From the human T2T-CHM13v2.0 reference genome, Homo sapiens: a DNA stretch of 64,000 nucleotides. The notes beneath the pieces are model-generated. The model did not search any database. It was not told the DNA's origin and saw only the letters and a program-made list of their open reading frames with translations. Location: NCBI GenBank assembly GCA_009914755.4, contig CP068257.2:18336001-18400000 (forward strand). The letters are read 5' to 3'. The position numbers and the translations under genes were made by a program. Each line of letters starts with the position of its first letter. Positions within the stretch are counted from its first letter, which is position 1. Below are positions 39,993 to 53,023 of this stretch, in pieces.

Positions 39993-42900
39993 AGGTTTGT
40001 AGCTATAAAGAAATTTGTTGGGTCATTAAATTACTTTCACAATAAAATATTTCATTTGTACTTTCTTAACCAAAGTGCCACCACAAGCTTTCAAAATGTA
40101 AAACATACATTTTAATGCATTAAGTTGTTTAAGAAAAATGTCAAATGACATTTTAGGAAGTATAATAACTGTGCTGAAATTAATTAAACTATCTGATTCA
40201 AAGGTTCATCTTGGCTTGAATAGCAGGAATATCCTGCCTAGCTATTTAGAAATCCATAGGAAGAGTCATTAATTATTGTGCTTTTTTCCCACCTAAATTG
40301 AAATAATTATTTTAAATACTAATTATTTAATGCTTTGCTGGAACTCAGAACTGTAATCAAAATAAGTAGCAATCCACTAAAACGATCTTTTTTACTGATT
40401 ATTTCATCAGAAAATTTCTTTCTAAATTATCAAAATCTGTCTTAAAATCACATCTCTTTAAACCTCAAAGAAGAATCAAAGAAAAAATGTTTATGTATGT
40501 TCTATTCTGCTTTAGAGAAAAGATATGTATGTAGATAATAATTGCTAAGGAAAAACTCTGGAAAAGTCATTATTCATTAGGAACCTGTAGAATCCTTAGC
40601 TTTGCTGTCTATATGTAGCCAATCAAGCAACATAACTCATACTTATTGATGAGAGCTGTTTTCCAAGTATGCCGCTATGATGGAAAGCACAAAAAGCATC
40701 CATCTAGAAACATTTTATCATCAAAAAAGATAGATAGCAATGGGGATTTCTTCTTAGAAAGGTAGAGCAGCCATGCTTGATAAAACTAAATAAAGTGAAG
40801 TTTTAAATCATCATATAAATTCCATCTGCGACTCCATGGACTTCAGAGAACATGTGAATGTTGATTTGTCTGATTATGAGTATTAAAGTGAATTAAAGTA
40901 ACTTTCAAACTAACATCTGTAGAATGCATAAAAAGCATAATTTTCCAAAAAGTTGCTAGTTTTTTCTGCTAGTTGCTGACTAGATCTTTATGAGCTATCG
41001 GAGCAAAATGAATTCTGATTGAACAGGTAAAGAAACGAGGCTGGCAGTACTTTCACTGTATTTTCTCTGTATCTCGTGGGACTACTATTAGTCTGAACTT
41101 TTTTGTGTTCTGTGTCGGCAGACATTCATTTTGTTCCTTAGACCATCTTTTATTTCACTGGAGCATTGTACAGGATTTTTTTTCCAACTTTTTAGTAGCT
41201 AAAGACTATGTGTTTGTGATTATGTCCCAACATTAATGTCTCATTTATCTGAGGTCAATAAATGAACACAAGTACATCCTTTATGATGGTGATGATTTCA
41301 GTGAAGTGAGGCAGATTATTTTCACACTTCCCAAAAGAGAAAATGCTAATCACGATATGCATGAGAAAAGCATTGTGGATCACCCGAAAACATAATGCTA
41401 CTCAAAACATCTAGATTCTACAGCGTTCTTGGCCAGGGTTGAAAGGAACGCAAGGGAAACATTAGCATCTGAATACGTAGAACAATAGAAAGGCTCATCC
41501 GCATACAGTTAAGTGCGTAGTTACAAAACACAAGGACTAAAGTGCTACAATACCTGTGACAACACAAAATCCTCAAGAACATAAAACTAAATTTAATATA
41601 TTACTGCCAACATCATTTAGCTTATTACAGATATTTTCTTTTAAATCATCTTTTGCTTCATTCCATACACCCATGTATTTCATAATATACAGAATACAGA
41701 ATGCATGACAAGAAAGTTTTAAAAACATGCAAGGATTACTATTCTATGTTTTAAGAAAAGTTTTTATTTAGGAATAGTTTTATATTCATAGTCAGACTGC
41801 CGAGATAACAGAGAGTTTCCATACACCCTTGACCTTCTTTCTCCTAATATTAGGTGCTTACGTGACTATAGGAGATGTTTAAATTCCAAGAGATTAACAT
41901 TGGCAACCTACTTTTTACTAAGCTCCAGATTTTATTTGACTTTATCTGTTTTTACACTGTGTGCTTTTTCTTTTTCAGGATTTCATCAAGGGTACCACAT
42001 TACATTTAATATAATGTCTCCTTACTCTCTCTGAACTGTGAAAGTATGTGAAATAGTTCCTTGGCTTTCAAGACCTTGATATCTTTGAAAGGAACTAGTC
42101 ACATATTTTTATGACTGTCCCTCAGTTGGGGAGTGCCTGACGACTTCCTTAGGTTTCATCTTGGCTGAGTGTCCTTCTTAAACCATCACATGATGAGATG
42201 CATCCTGGGATAGAATTTTAATAGATAGGGTAGTGTATGGATGGACAGATAGATAGATACATAGGTAATTATAGATAGGTGGGTATGCACAGATTAGACT
42301 GCAAACATATATTTTCTAGTTTTGTTTGCACCTAGAAACAGTAAGACCTCAATAAATCTTCATTTCTAAATGCTATTCTTCAATAAAAGGAATCATGCCT
42401 CCCTGGAGAAAGGATTGACTGATTACAGCCTCCTTGGAGAAAGAGTACTGTTAAGTGCCCTTCTTATCTCATCACATGATGAGATGCATTCTGTGATAGG
42501 ATTGGGTGCATGATGTCAGCATGACTTACTATTGGTGACGTTAAACTTAACCACTTAGTTGAGATACTGTCTTCAGATGTCTCCTCCATAAAGTTTCTAT
42601 CTTTTTCTCTTTCCATACTCTGAACATAAGCCACTAAGAATATTTCACACTCAGGGTGGAAGAATATAAAACTAAATTTAATATATTGTTGCCAACATTA
42701 TTTAGTTTCAGAGATGTTTTATTTTAAATCTTTTGTTTCCTTCCATACACCCATATATTTTTATAATACACAGAATGCATGTAATATACAGAATACAGAT
42801 CTCACCTAATAGGAGGAGATTTAAGTCTACCTCCTGAAGGGAACAGTATCTACATATGACGTGGGATTCTGTAAGGAAAACTTGTCTCTTCTCCTTTATT

Positions 42901-43217
42901 TATTTTTAAGTAATTTACATTAAGGTATTCTTGTTTATTTTAAGATATTCTTTTTTATTTTACCTTTTGAGTGATAACCTAATAGCACATCATTATTTTG
43001 CTGCTCGAATTGTCCAGGGCTCCTCCAGCTTGGCTCCTGTGTCCCATTGACACGTGGCCTCCTTTTAGGCTTCCTAACACTTCTTTATTGTATTATACTT
43101 CAAGAGGTTCCAGGGTCATCTTGCAGATTTCCTGACCCAGCATTCAAATCAGTTAGTTCTTTCACCAAGGAGGTGTGATTCCTTTATTAGAGAGTAGCAT
43201 TTAGGAGTAAAAATCTA

Positions 43218-43536
<319 letters not shown>

Positions 43537-43723
43537 TTACTGCTTCTAGAAGCAAACAGAACTAGAAAGTATGTTTATAGCCTAACCCATGTATATCCAC
43601 ATATATGTAATTTTCTATCATCTATTTCCTTAATCTATCCATCTACCTATCTATTAAACAGAAGTTCATACCAATGTCTCCGACTCCAGTCCAATATCCC
43701 AAGTTTCATTCTAGCTTCCCTGA

Positions 43724-44092
<369 letters not shown>

Positions 44093-46144
44093 TACTTACT
44101 TATTTTTTAATCCTAGTACAGAGGTAAAGTTTTTCCAGTATTCTTAACCCATACCCTTCTGAGAAACAAATTCACAGAGTACAGTATTTATATACAACTA
44201 TTTTATTACATTTTCCAGTCAAAATACTCCTATCCAAAGTTACTTAAGTCAGACTCTTTTTTGCGCAACCCCTTAGTGAGATTATATCAGGCACTTATAT
44301 CACAGATTCATTTATTACAGCCTACGTTCTATCCAGAAATCCTCTAACATACTGGTTTTTAAAATTTGTATATATTAAAGCTTTACAGTATATGATATAG
44401 AGTATTTTAGGTTTTGAAAAGCCCATGAAGTATCTGCTGTACAAATGCCATACAGAGCACATCCTCCTTTTACTGACAACAATCTACAAATTACATTTTA
44501 CTTCCATCTGGAATTCTGTGTTCTGAACGGTTCTCTTTGTCAGGTAGGTATATGTTTTCCCTTTAAGATTCAGCATAGCCATTGCCATTTTGTTGAGAAT
44601 ACCTGATTCAGGAACCTTTAGAATCTCCTCCCTCAAGGCTCCATATCAGCTGCCTGTATTCTGAGTTGATGCTTTCACGTTTTCCTTTTGATCTCTGCAC
44701 AACAATGCTGAGGGTAGAACCTAGAGGAATCACACAGCTGGTGCCCTTTCACGCTACTGACACTGGTAACAGTTTGTTCACCAGATTCTCTAATAATAAG
44801 GCAAAAACCGTGTCCACATGACAGGTTTCCTCTGGTTTTGCCTTCCTTTGTCACGTGATACGCTTGTATCCTTCTTTAATGATATTGCTTAATCCTGCTC
44901 CTTCTCCCAGTTCCAGGCCAGCGCTTCTACTGTATCATTAAATGTTGACATTCACAGTTATTGTGCCCTTAGTCTTCAGAAAACATAATCACCTGAGCCT
45001 TCTCAGCTCTGCTTAAAATAACCATTCCAAGAGAAAATTAATAACCAATAAAATATGACTTTATTCAAAACTTAGTGACTTGTATATTTTCAGAATTAAG
45101 TACCTACAGGGAAACTCTATAGCACAAATACACTAAGCTCATCATTAGCTAAGAAGAATTTCCCCTAAATTGGCTCATTCTGCTATATTTACCATACTGA
45201 TCAATGGAAATGTTTATTATTATTATTATTCTCCTAAGTCAGAAAACTGGGCAGTAAGTTTTAAAGCAAGTACAAATTTTCAGTAATTTTCTGTTCAATG
45301 ATACCTCAGTATAGTCCACTCTCTCTAACATGCTTTCACCAATAATCATTTAATACCATTGCAATTGTTAACATATTGATTATATCAACAATTTATAGTC
45401 ATTTATCCACCAGTATTCATACTTAGTACCCTGCCCAGAATAAATTGCATAGATGATGATAGTTTCTCTCTTGCAGCCACCCTGATTTCCTTTGCCTGTT
45501 GTTGCATTGGTTTACTCCTTTGGAAGAGGAAGAAACAAACTGGATAAATCAAACACAAAATCACGATAACTGGTTCATTTCCCCTTAATTCCAAAAGAAC
45601 TTATTTAAATGCTGCTGTTAGCTTTAAAATTCATTCTCCTGAAAGCATATCCTGACTAATAGTTTTCCCAATTAATTTTTCAAATGCTATTTAAGTATAT
45701 AATTCAAAGAACAACTCATTGTGAAAAAAATTATTTTTTATAGTTCATAATTCTAATGATATTAAAAATCTTTATATAAATATAATATTTAGCTTATAAC
45801 TTGTTTCTGACCAGTACTAGTCCAGTATTACCTTAGAATAACAGATTATCATATTTTTTACACTTTTTATTGAAACTCTTTTTCACTGTGGAGAAATTAT
45901 CTAGTATTATACAAGTTTAATAAAGATGGAGTCCTTTCTCATAATTTAAAAGATTATAAACATTGATTTATTTTATGTGTGTGTTTGTGTATTTGGTGGC
46001 AGGGTATGCACTCGTTTTGTTGTTAGGAATTTTTTTAACTGTTCATTTAGATTACTCTTGAAAATGGAGATATGATATAGGGATAGTCATAATTTAAAGT
46101 TTTTAAAATTATTTTAAAGTTTATGAACATTAGGTGTTTAATTA

Positions 46145-46650
46145 TGAATTTTTTATTATATTTTAAGTTCTGGGGTACATGTGCAGAATGTGCAGGTTGG
46201 TTACATAGGTATACACGTGCCATGGTGGTTTGCTGCACCCACCAACCCGTCATCTACATTAGGTATTTCTCTTAATACTACCCCTCCCCTAGCCCCCCGA
46301 CCCCCAACAGGCCCCCATGTGTGATGTTCCCCTCCCTGTGTCCATGTGTTCTCATTGTTCAACTCCCACCTACAATTGAGAAATTGCGGTGTTCAGTTTT
46401 CTGTTCCTGTGCTACTTTGCTGAGAATGATGGTTTCCAGCTTCATCCATGTCCCTGCAAAGGAGATGAACTTATCCCTTTTTATGGCTGCATAGTATTCC
46501 ATGGTGTATATGTGCCACATTTTCTTTATCCAGTCTATCATTAATGGGCTTTTGGGTTGGTTCCAAGTCTTTGCTATTGTGAACAGTGCTGCAATCCCAT
46601 TACTGGGTATATACCCAAAGAATTATAAATCATTCTACCAGAAAGACGCA
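46145..46650 (-). mobile_element. L1PA-like 3'-end fragment (end of ORF2 + 3'UTR), antisense, relatively young
   Basis: Near-consensus reverse complement of the primate L1 3' end (ttctggggtacatgtgcagaatgtgcaggttggttacataggtatacacgtgccatggtggtttgctgcacccaccaacccgtcatctacattaggtatttc... ctgcaaaggagatgaacttatccctttttatggctgcatagtattccatggtgtatatgtgccacattttctttatccagtctatcattaatgggc). Confidence 0.85.
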
Positions 46651-49600
46651 TGCACACGTAGGAATTTTTAATTCATTTCATTAGTTTTTTTTTAACCTTA
46701 TTGATCCATTTATTATTATTTACAAAAGTATCCATCTGTGGAGGGGTTTAATGACTTGAAATTGGAGCATGGTGCAGTAGTTTTACAGACTAAGGATTGT
46801 ATATCTAGAGAGAATTTCCATAAAAAATTCAGAGAAAGGAGAAACACTTACATATACACCAGAGAAGGCATGTAGAGAATTTTGGAACCTTCCAGCAGAA
46901 TGAGTCAAGGACTTACCAACGCCAGGCAGTTACATTGTAACTCAAGGGGAAAAAGGAAGTGTGTGCCCTGAAAGGCACGTTTCTTTATTTTTAATATAAT
47001 TCACTCTTTAAAACAGCTTTATGCTTACAGAAAAATTGAAGAGATGGTACAGAAGGTTCCCATTACCCCACATCCAGTTTCCCCTATTATTCATATTTTA
47101 TATTAATATGGCATATTTGTTATAATTAATAAACCGATATTGATACATTATTATTAAGCTCATAATTTATTTATATTTCCTTTGTTTTTAGTGACTGTCC
47201 CTTTTTTGTTCCAGAATCCCATCTAGGATATCATATCACATTGAGATGTCAAGTTTCCTTTGGCTGTTCTTGGCTGTGGCAGTTTCTCAGACTTCTGTAG
47301 TTTTTGGTGAGTAACAGTTTTCCCAATTAATTTTTCAAATGCTATTTATGTACATACTTCAAAGAAAAACCCATTGTGAAAAAATTATCTTTATAATTCA
47401 TAATTCTAATGATATTAAAAATCTTTATATAAAAATTCAGCCCATTTACTTGTCAAGGGGCTTCAGAGGGATAATTAGACATAAACCTGTGGCAATTAGA
47501 TGGTTCCATAGAGCAATACAATTTTATACCTTCTTCTACATGGTCTTAGGCAATATGAAGCAATGTAATAATTTGTGCCTAATGAGCCCTTTATTTATTG
47601 TGCATTTCTGTTCCAATTTTTTTATAAAATTACAATGTTGACTTTCCAAATATATTTTCTTTCAATATATGTATGTATTTTTTATTTCTTTCTTTCGAAA
47701 TCAACGAATATTTTGAGATATGAAGAGTCTTGGAGATCAAAATTCTACTTGCCTTTCCTTCACACCATTTTCCCATAAGGGACAGTTTAACATTTTTGAT
47801 GTTTTGTTTTTAAAAAACTGTAGGATATAGCAGTTAGGAGAAAATATACAATGTTGTGGAATTATTTCTTTCTACCATGAAAATCGCTGTCAGGATGACA
47901 CATAGAACTCATTTGTCCATCAGCAAGCACAAATACATTCACTGCCTGGTATGTGCCAGCAGAGTAAATACATGAAATGAAAATATAAATAGATATGGCC
48001 TCCTTCCAGGGAACACCGCTGTTCTATGATTCACTCCTATGCATTCCAGCCACAAATAATTATTTAGCACCTACTCTATGCTAAACTCTCTGACAGGCCT
48101 TAAATATTTAAAGACTTACTGTCCTCAGGGAGCTTGCAACTGGTAGGAAGGACAGAAACTATTTCAAATTTTTATATGTCCTATGCAAAAATTTGTATTG
48201 GTCGCTATAGGTATATTGTGGGGGTAGAGGGACTAAATCTGCTCCATAAGACGTGTTTACTCTGCATTCACACCTAGAACTCTAACAATACTAAAAAAAG
48301 ACCATTCCCTTTAAATGCACCCATACATTAAATCTACCTGCCCTTTATGGTTTTGTGCCAGAACTTTTCTGGGAATAAAAATTAAAGTTGTGTGCTTGAA
48401 TTTTGGCCAAGGTGTGATTTTGTGATGCAGATGGCACACTAGTGCAGTAGCCTGGTGTTTATCCTATTGCCATCCAGAAAAATGAGCACAGAAAGAGTAC
48501 ATGAAATCTGATTAGCAAGTCTTCTTTTTATAAGCAGATGTTGTGCCTCATATAAATTATTCTTTTAGATTTTGTAACATATGCCAAAGTATTTATCACA
48601 GATTAACTGCATGAACTTGCCTGCTATTCTCAAACTTTCTGAGTGTGAAAATGAGTGGATGCGTCTTTCACAGTTCTGATCAAAAGATATATAAGAATGA
48701 ATAATTGTAATTCAGACAAGAAAAGTACATTTTGAAAGCTAGTAAAAGATTATATGCAAAAATGAAGCATTTCCTACTTGTTCTGTTATTCTTTTCCTTA
48801 TTGAAAAGCAATTGATGCTGAAAAGTTCTATTTCGAATTATTATACTTCATATTACCAATGCACCTTAACACTAAACGTTTTAAAAGATTTGCTCAAAAT
48901 ATTTCTGTATGTTCTTCTCTTGCTTCGGATTGTCTCACATCTTTCATAAATGAGGTTCTTATTTCCAGATATTTTCTAAAACACTGTGTTTGAAATCATT
49001 ATTTTGTATTGTTGCTTTGTTGAAAATTGTCCATTATGTGATTCCAAATCCAAGAAGGAATTTACTCAGCACCAGATAATTTGAAACATAATAGTAAAAA
49101 AGGGGTTTTAAAAAATAAATTTCTATAATTTCAGTGTTTTGTGTCTCATTTTAAGACATATGGGATTGTGCGTAAGAAAAATAAACTTCCTAGGTCATAA
49201 TTAATATTTTTCCCTCAGTATTATTGATATCAAATTCTTATCTTAAATTTGGTACTTTCAGAATATAAGCACTAAGAGATCCATACAATTTAAAAGAGGA
49301 GGTGGCTATTAACACAAATATTACTTGTTTTGTTGATGTGACTTTTAAGATAACTTCTAATGTTTTGGCTCTGCCAGAACAGACTAATACAAGGAGAAAA
49401 AATATTTTATATTTTCTCATTAATTTATTCTGTAGAGATTCTCTTTATTTTTAAAGAAAGTCAAATGCGAAAAAAATCGATGCCAGAATTATATTGCGTT
49501 CATATAAACCCTGGATCGAGCCTGGTGAGGTTATAGTTACCATGGTAACAGAAGTCGGCTCTTTAAACAGTTTCTATCCTAACTGCTCTTCTACTTATAC

Positions 49601-50504
49601 TGAGCGATTTCTTCAAATATAGGACTCATGGGGGTGTAGTTATGAGAAATTTCATTCCCCATAAGGATACATGTCCATATAATTTGTAAGGAGTAACTCT
49701 GGCACACGGAGGTTAATTAGATATAAATGTTACCAACATAACTTTTAAAAGCACTGTATTCCCCCGGTACATAGGCAAGTGTAAAGAAATGTAAAATGAA
49801 GTATCCCAAAAAGGGAACTCAGATGACACCGGAACTAATATAAGTATATTTCATATTTATGAATAAATATGGAAATATCTTTCAGAAAGTGTGAGGATAA
49901 GAAAATTTATTTTATATGTTGAACTTCTGCAGGTTGAAATGGGTGCATTACTTTTAGTAAATTGCTTCAAAGAGACATAGCAGTGATTTTTCTTTTACAA
50001 TGTTTAGACACATTGAACTAAATAAGGTTTAAATCTGTATCTACACAGACACATACACACACATATATAATTAAAGTGATAATTCTTCACACAACATGTT
50101 CATTGTCCGCCCCCCAAATTTTTAAAATATTGACAGACTAACTATATTACAACTTTACATTTTGATATTTTTATTTTGTTTTTTCTATAATTTCAAGAAA
50201 ATCTTGGTTTCAGCTATCTCTTTCCATTTATACATAATGATGCTGCTGTTAAGCCACCTTGCTATGGCTATTTTCCACTCCTAGTTTTACTTGACCAGTT
50301 GGTTAAACATAAAACTTTCCTATAAAAAAGACAATGGATCTTGAATCATAAATCTCTTACTACCTACGTGAGTTGAGACACTCAAACTTTCTGATGTTTA
50401 ATTTCTTAAGCTCCGGCACTGTGACTATAATCATTGCTAACCCTTTTGTTTTATTTTTAATATATGTCAACTAAAAATAAATACGTCAGATGTATTATTG
50501 ATCA

Positions 50505-50900
50505 GTTTCGGCTGCCATAGCAAAATACCACAGACTGAATGACTTAAACAACAGAAATGTATTTCTTCGCAGTTTTGGAGGCTGGAAGTCTAATGTCAAT
50601 CACAAGGTGCCAGCTGAGTTGGGGTCTGATGAGGCCTGTCTTTCGGGCTTATAGATGGCTGCCTTCTTGCTCTGTGCTCCCATGCCTGTTTTTCTGTGCA
50701 TGTGTGATGAGAGAGAGAGAGATCTCTGCTATGCCTTCCTCTTCTTCTAAGGATACTTGTTTTATAAGATGAAGATCTTACTCTATAACCCTATGTAACT
50801 TTTATTATCTCCTTATAGGTTTATCTCAAAATATAGTCATATTACAGTTTAGGGATGGAGCACACAAAATTTGGAGGGACAAAATTCAGTTCATACCAAC
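50505..50900 (+). mobile_element. MaLR-type (MLT1-like) solo LTR, sense
   Basis: ccatagcaaaataccacagactgaatgacttaaacaacagaaatgtatttcttcgcagttttggaggctggaagtctaatgtcaatcacaaggtgccagc... is the hallmark MLT/MaLR LTR 5' motif. The GA-rich stretch (gagagagagagag) is typical of the family. The end is approximate. Confidence 0.55.
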
Positions 50901-51661
50901 AGAGTTTTGCAAACTATAAATTACAGAATATATATAGATGACAGTATTTCTGTTTTTCACTTATTATAGGAATATCCTCCTTAGAAAATTACTGAAACTA
51001 ACTACACTATAAAATGTAATACACTATATACACAACTTTGTTTTTAATATATATTCTGATCAACTAAATAGACTAGATCTGTTTCAACAAAGAAAAATAG
51101 AAACAGGTTTCTTTAAATGTCTCTGGCAATAGTGCTGCTTTATCATTTTAGAAGGATGGTATTTCTCAGTTAATTTTTCCCTTAATTATTAGCTGAGTTA
51201 TACTCAGTAATTACAATGAGTTATATCATCAGTAGTTCCTGTCTCTTCTGGCTTAAGTGACACTCATGTTTCACATTCAATGCATAGTGTGGATTCACAG
51301 TCATCATCCTTTTTTTTTTCTTTTACTGAGTTGTGTTACACAGTAGCTCATGAAACAGAAAGTAATTTGTTTTTAAGTATAGCTAGGGAAGATATGTGTC
51401 ATAGGGTATAAGGGAGCAAAAACAAATTGCTACGCGGTCTCTGCTTTGGGGCTAACACTCTCCATCCTGCATCACTGGAGTAAAAAGAATGGTTGCCAAG
51501 GCATCAAAGTCTGGAAGGTTTCCATGATAATCCTTCCTCACAGAGGTAAACTTGTCATTTAGAGACACATTTTAAATGGGATGTAGAATTCTACACTAGA
51601 TAAAAACCAGTTTTAGGTATAAGACTTCTATTTTTTGTCACCCGTCTCTATAAATATTTTC

Positions 51662-51760
51662 GAAAGAAAGAAAGAAAAGAAGGAAAGAAAGAAAGAAAGG
51701 GAGGAAAGAAAGAAAGAAAGGAAGGAAGAAAGGAAGAAAGAAAGAAAGAAAGAAAGAAAG

Positions 51761-51799
<39 letters not shown>

Positions 51800-51802
51800 A
51801 AA
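51662..51802. repeat. Long (GAAA)n / (AAAG)n microsatellite, ~140 bp, imperfect
   Basis: gaaagaaagaaagaaaagaaggaaagaaagaaagaaaggg... The ORF-track ORFs here (KKERKKER..., FLSFFLSF...) are just translations of the repeat. Confidence 0.95.
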
Positions 51803-52406
51803 CCCAACCATGTATTTGTGTAGAAATATCAACTCGGTGGAGTGACACTGTTTTAAATACCTGTGACCTTGAGAAAATGCCTTTCTTACCCTTGAGAAGT
51901 CAATCTAAGGAGGATGCAGCAATTGGCATGACATGAGTAACCTGCCACATGACAGAAACTTGATGACGATAAATGACTATGGAAAAAATTAATTTGAGGA
52001 GTAATGAATCATCAAAAACTTTACATCGGAAGGCAAAGACCGTATCCTTGTAAGTCCTTTGGAAAGTTATGAGTACAAGTTACAAGTATAAGTGAACCTT
52101 TTGGTATGAAATGAATAAAAAGACATAAATGAATGAATAAATAAAAGCATGCAAGATAGAGTTTATCTTGTTTTGTCATATCATTAATGTCTTTCTAGTC
52201 AATGTTTTAATTAAGAAGGAATAAATTATCATAGAACAAACCACATCATTTTTCTTTTCTAATTTTTTTCCATTTCATCTTTTTTTTAATTTTTTATAAG
52301 TAAGCTTTAGTATGTATGAACTTGATTTCACATACAAACTTAGAACGGCAATTTCACTTAAAATTAACTCATTAAAAAGTATAACTACCACAGTATGGAT
52401 ATGTAT

Positions 52407-52691
52407 CACTGGGCCAGGGGATGCTCAGATGTTTTGTTAAACATTATTTCTGGGTGGTCTGTGAGGGGGTTTGCAGAAGAAATCAGCATTTAAATTGGTG
52501 CGCTCAATAAAGTAAATGGTCCTTCCCAATGTAGGTAGACATCATTCAATCTATTGATAGTCTGAAATAGAAGAAGACGATGGAGAAAGGTTGAATTCTC
52601 CCTCTCTGCATGACAGTATGAGCTGGAAAACTGATCTTTCCCTGCCCTTGGAGCTCCTGGTTCTCAGACCTTCAGACTGGAACTGTCACAG
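52407..52691 (+). repeat. 285-bp segment that duplicates the 5' end of the MaLR-like LTR at 54795; local low-copy duplicate
   Basis: ~98% identical to 54795-55081. Only a few differences were seen by eye (caat/ccat, gacg/gaag, ccctctctg/ctctctctctg). The flanks are unrelated. Confidence 0.85.
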
Positions 52692-52912
52692 TTCCCAAAC
52701 TCCAAACTCCAAAAGGTAGTGAAACTGGTGACAAATATTGCTATTCATCTTTTGATGGATTATAACAACAGCATTTATGAAACTGGTTCCCAGACAAGTA
52801 TATACCACTCGCTCCTGTGCCTTAGGGAAAAGAGATGTCATAACAAAGGCATTATTGATGCAGTAATTCATGGACAGTTTTTTTCTCATTAACACTGCTA
52901 AAATTACGTTCA

Positions 52913-53023
<111 letters not shown>

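Noticed and set aside
51635-51848. ORFs encoding KKERKKER... and FLSFFLSF... repeats
   Set aside because: They are straight translations of the (GAAA)n/(TTTC)n microsatellite in different frames.
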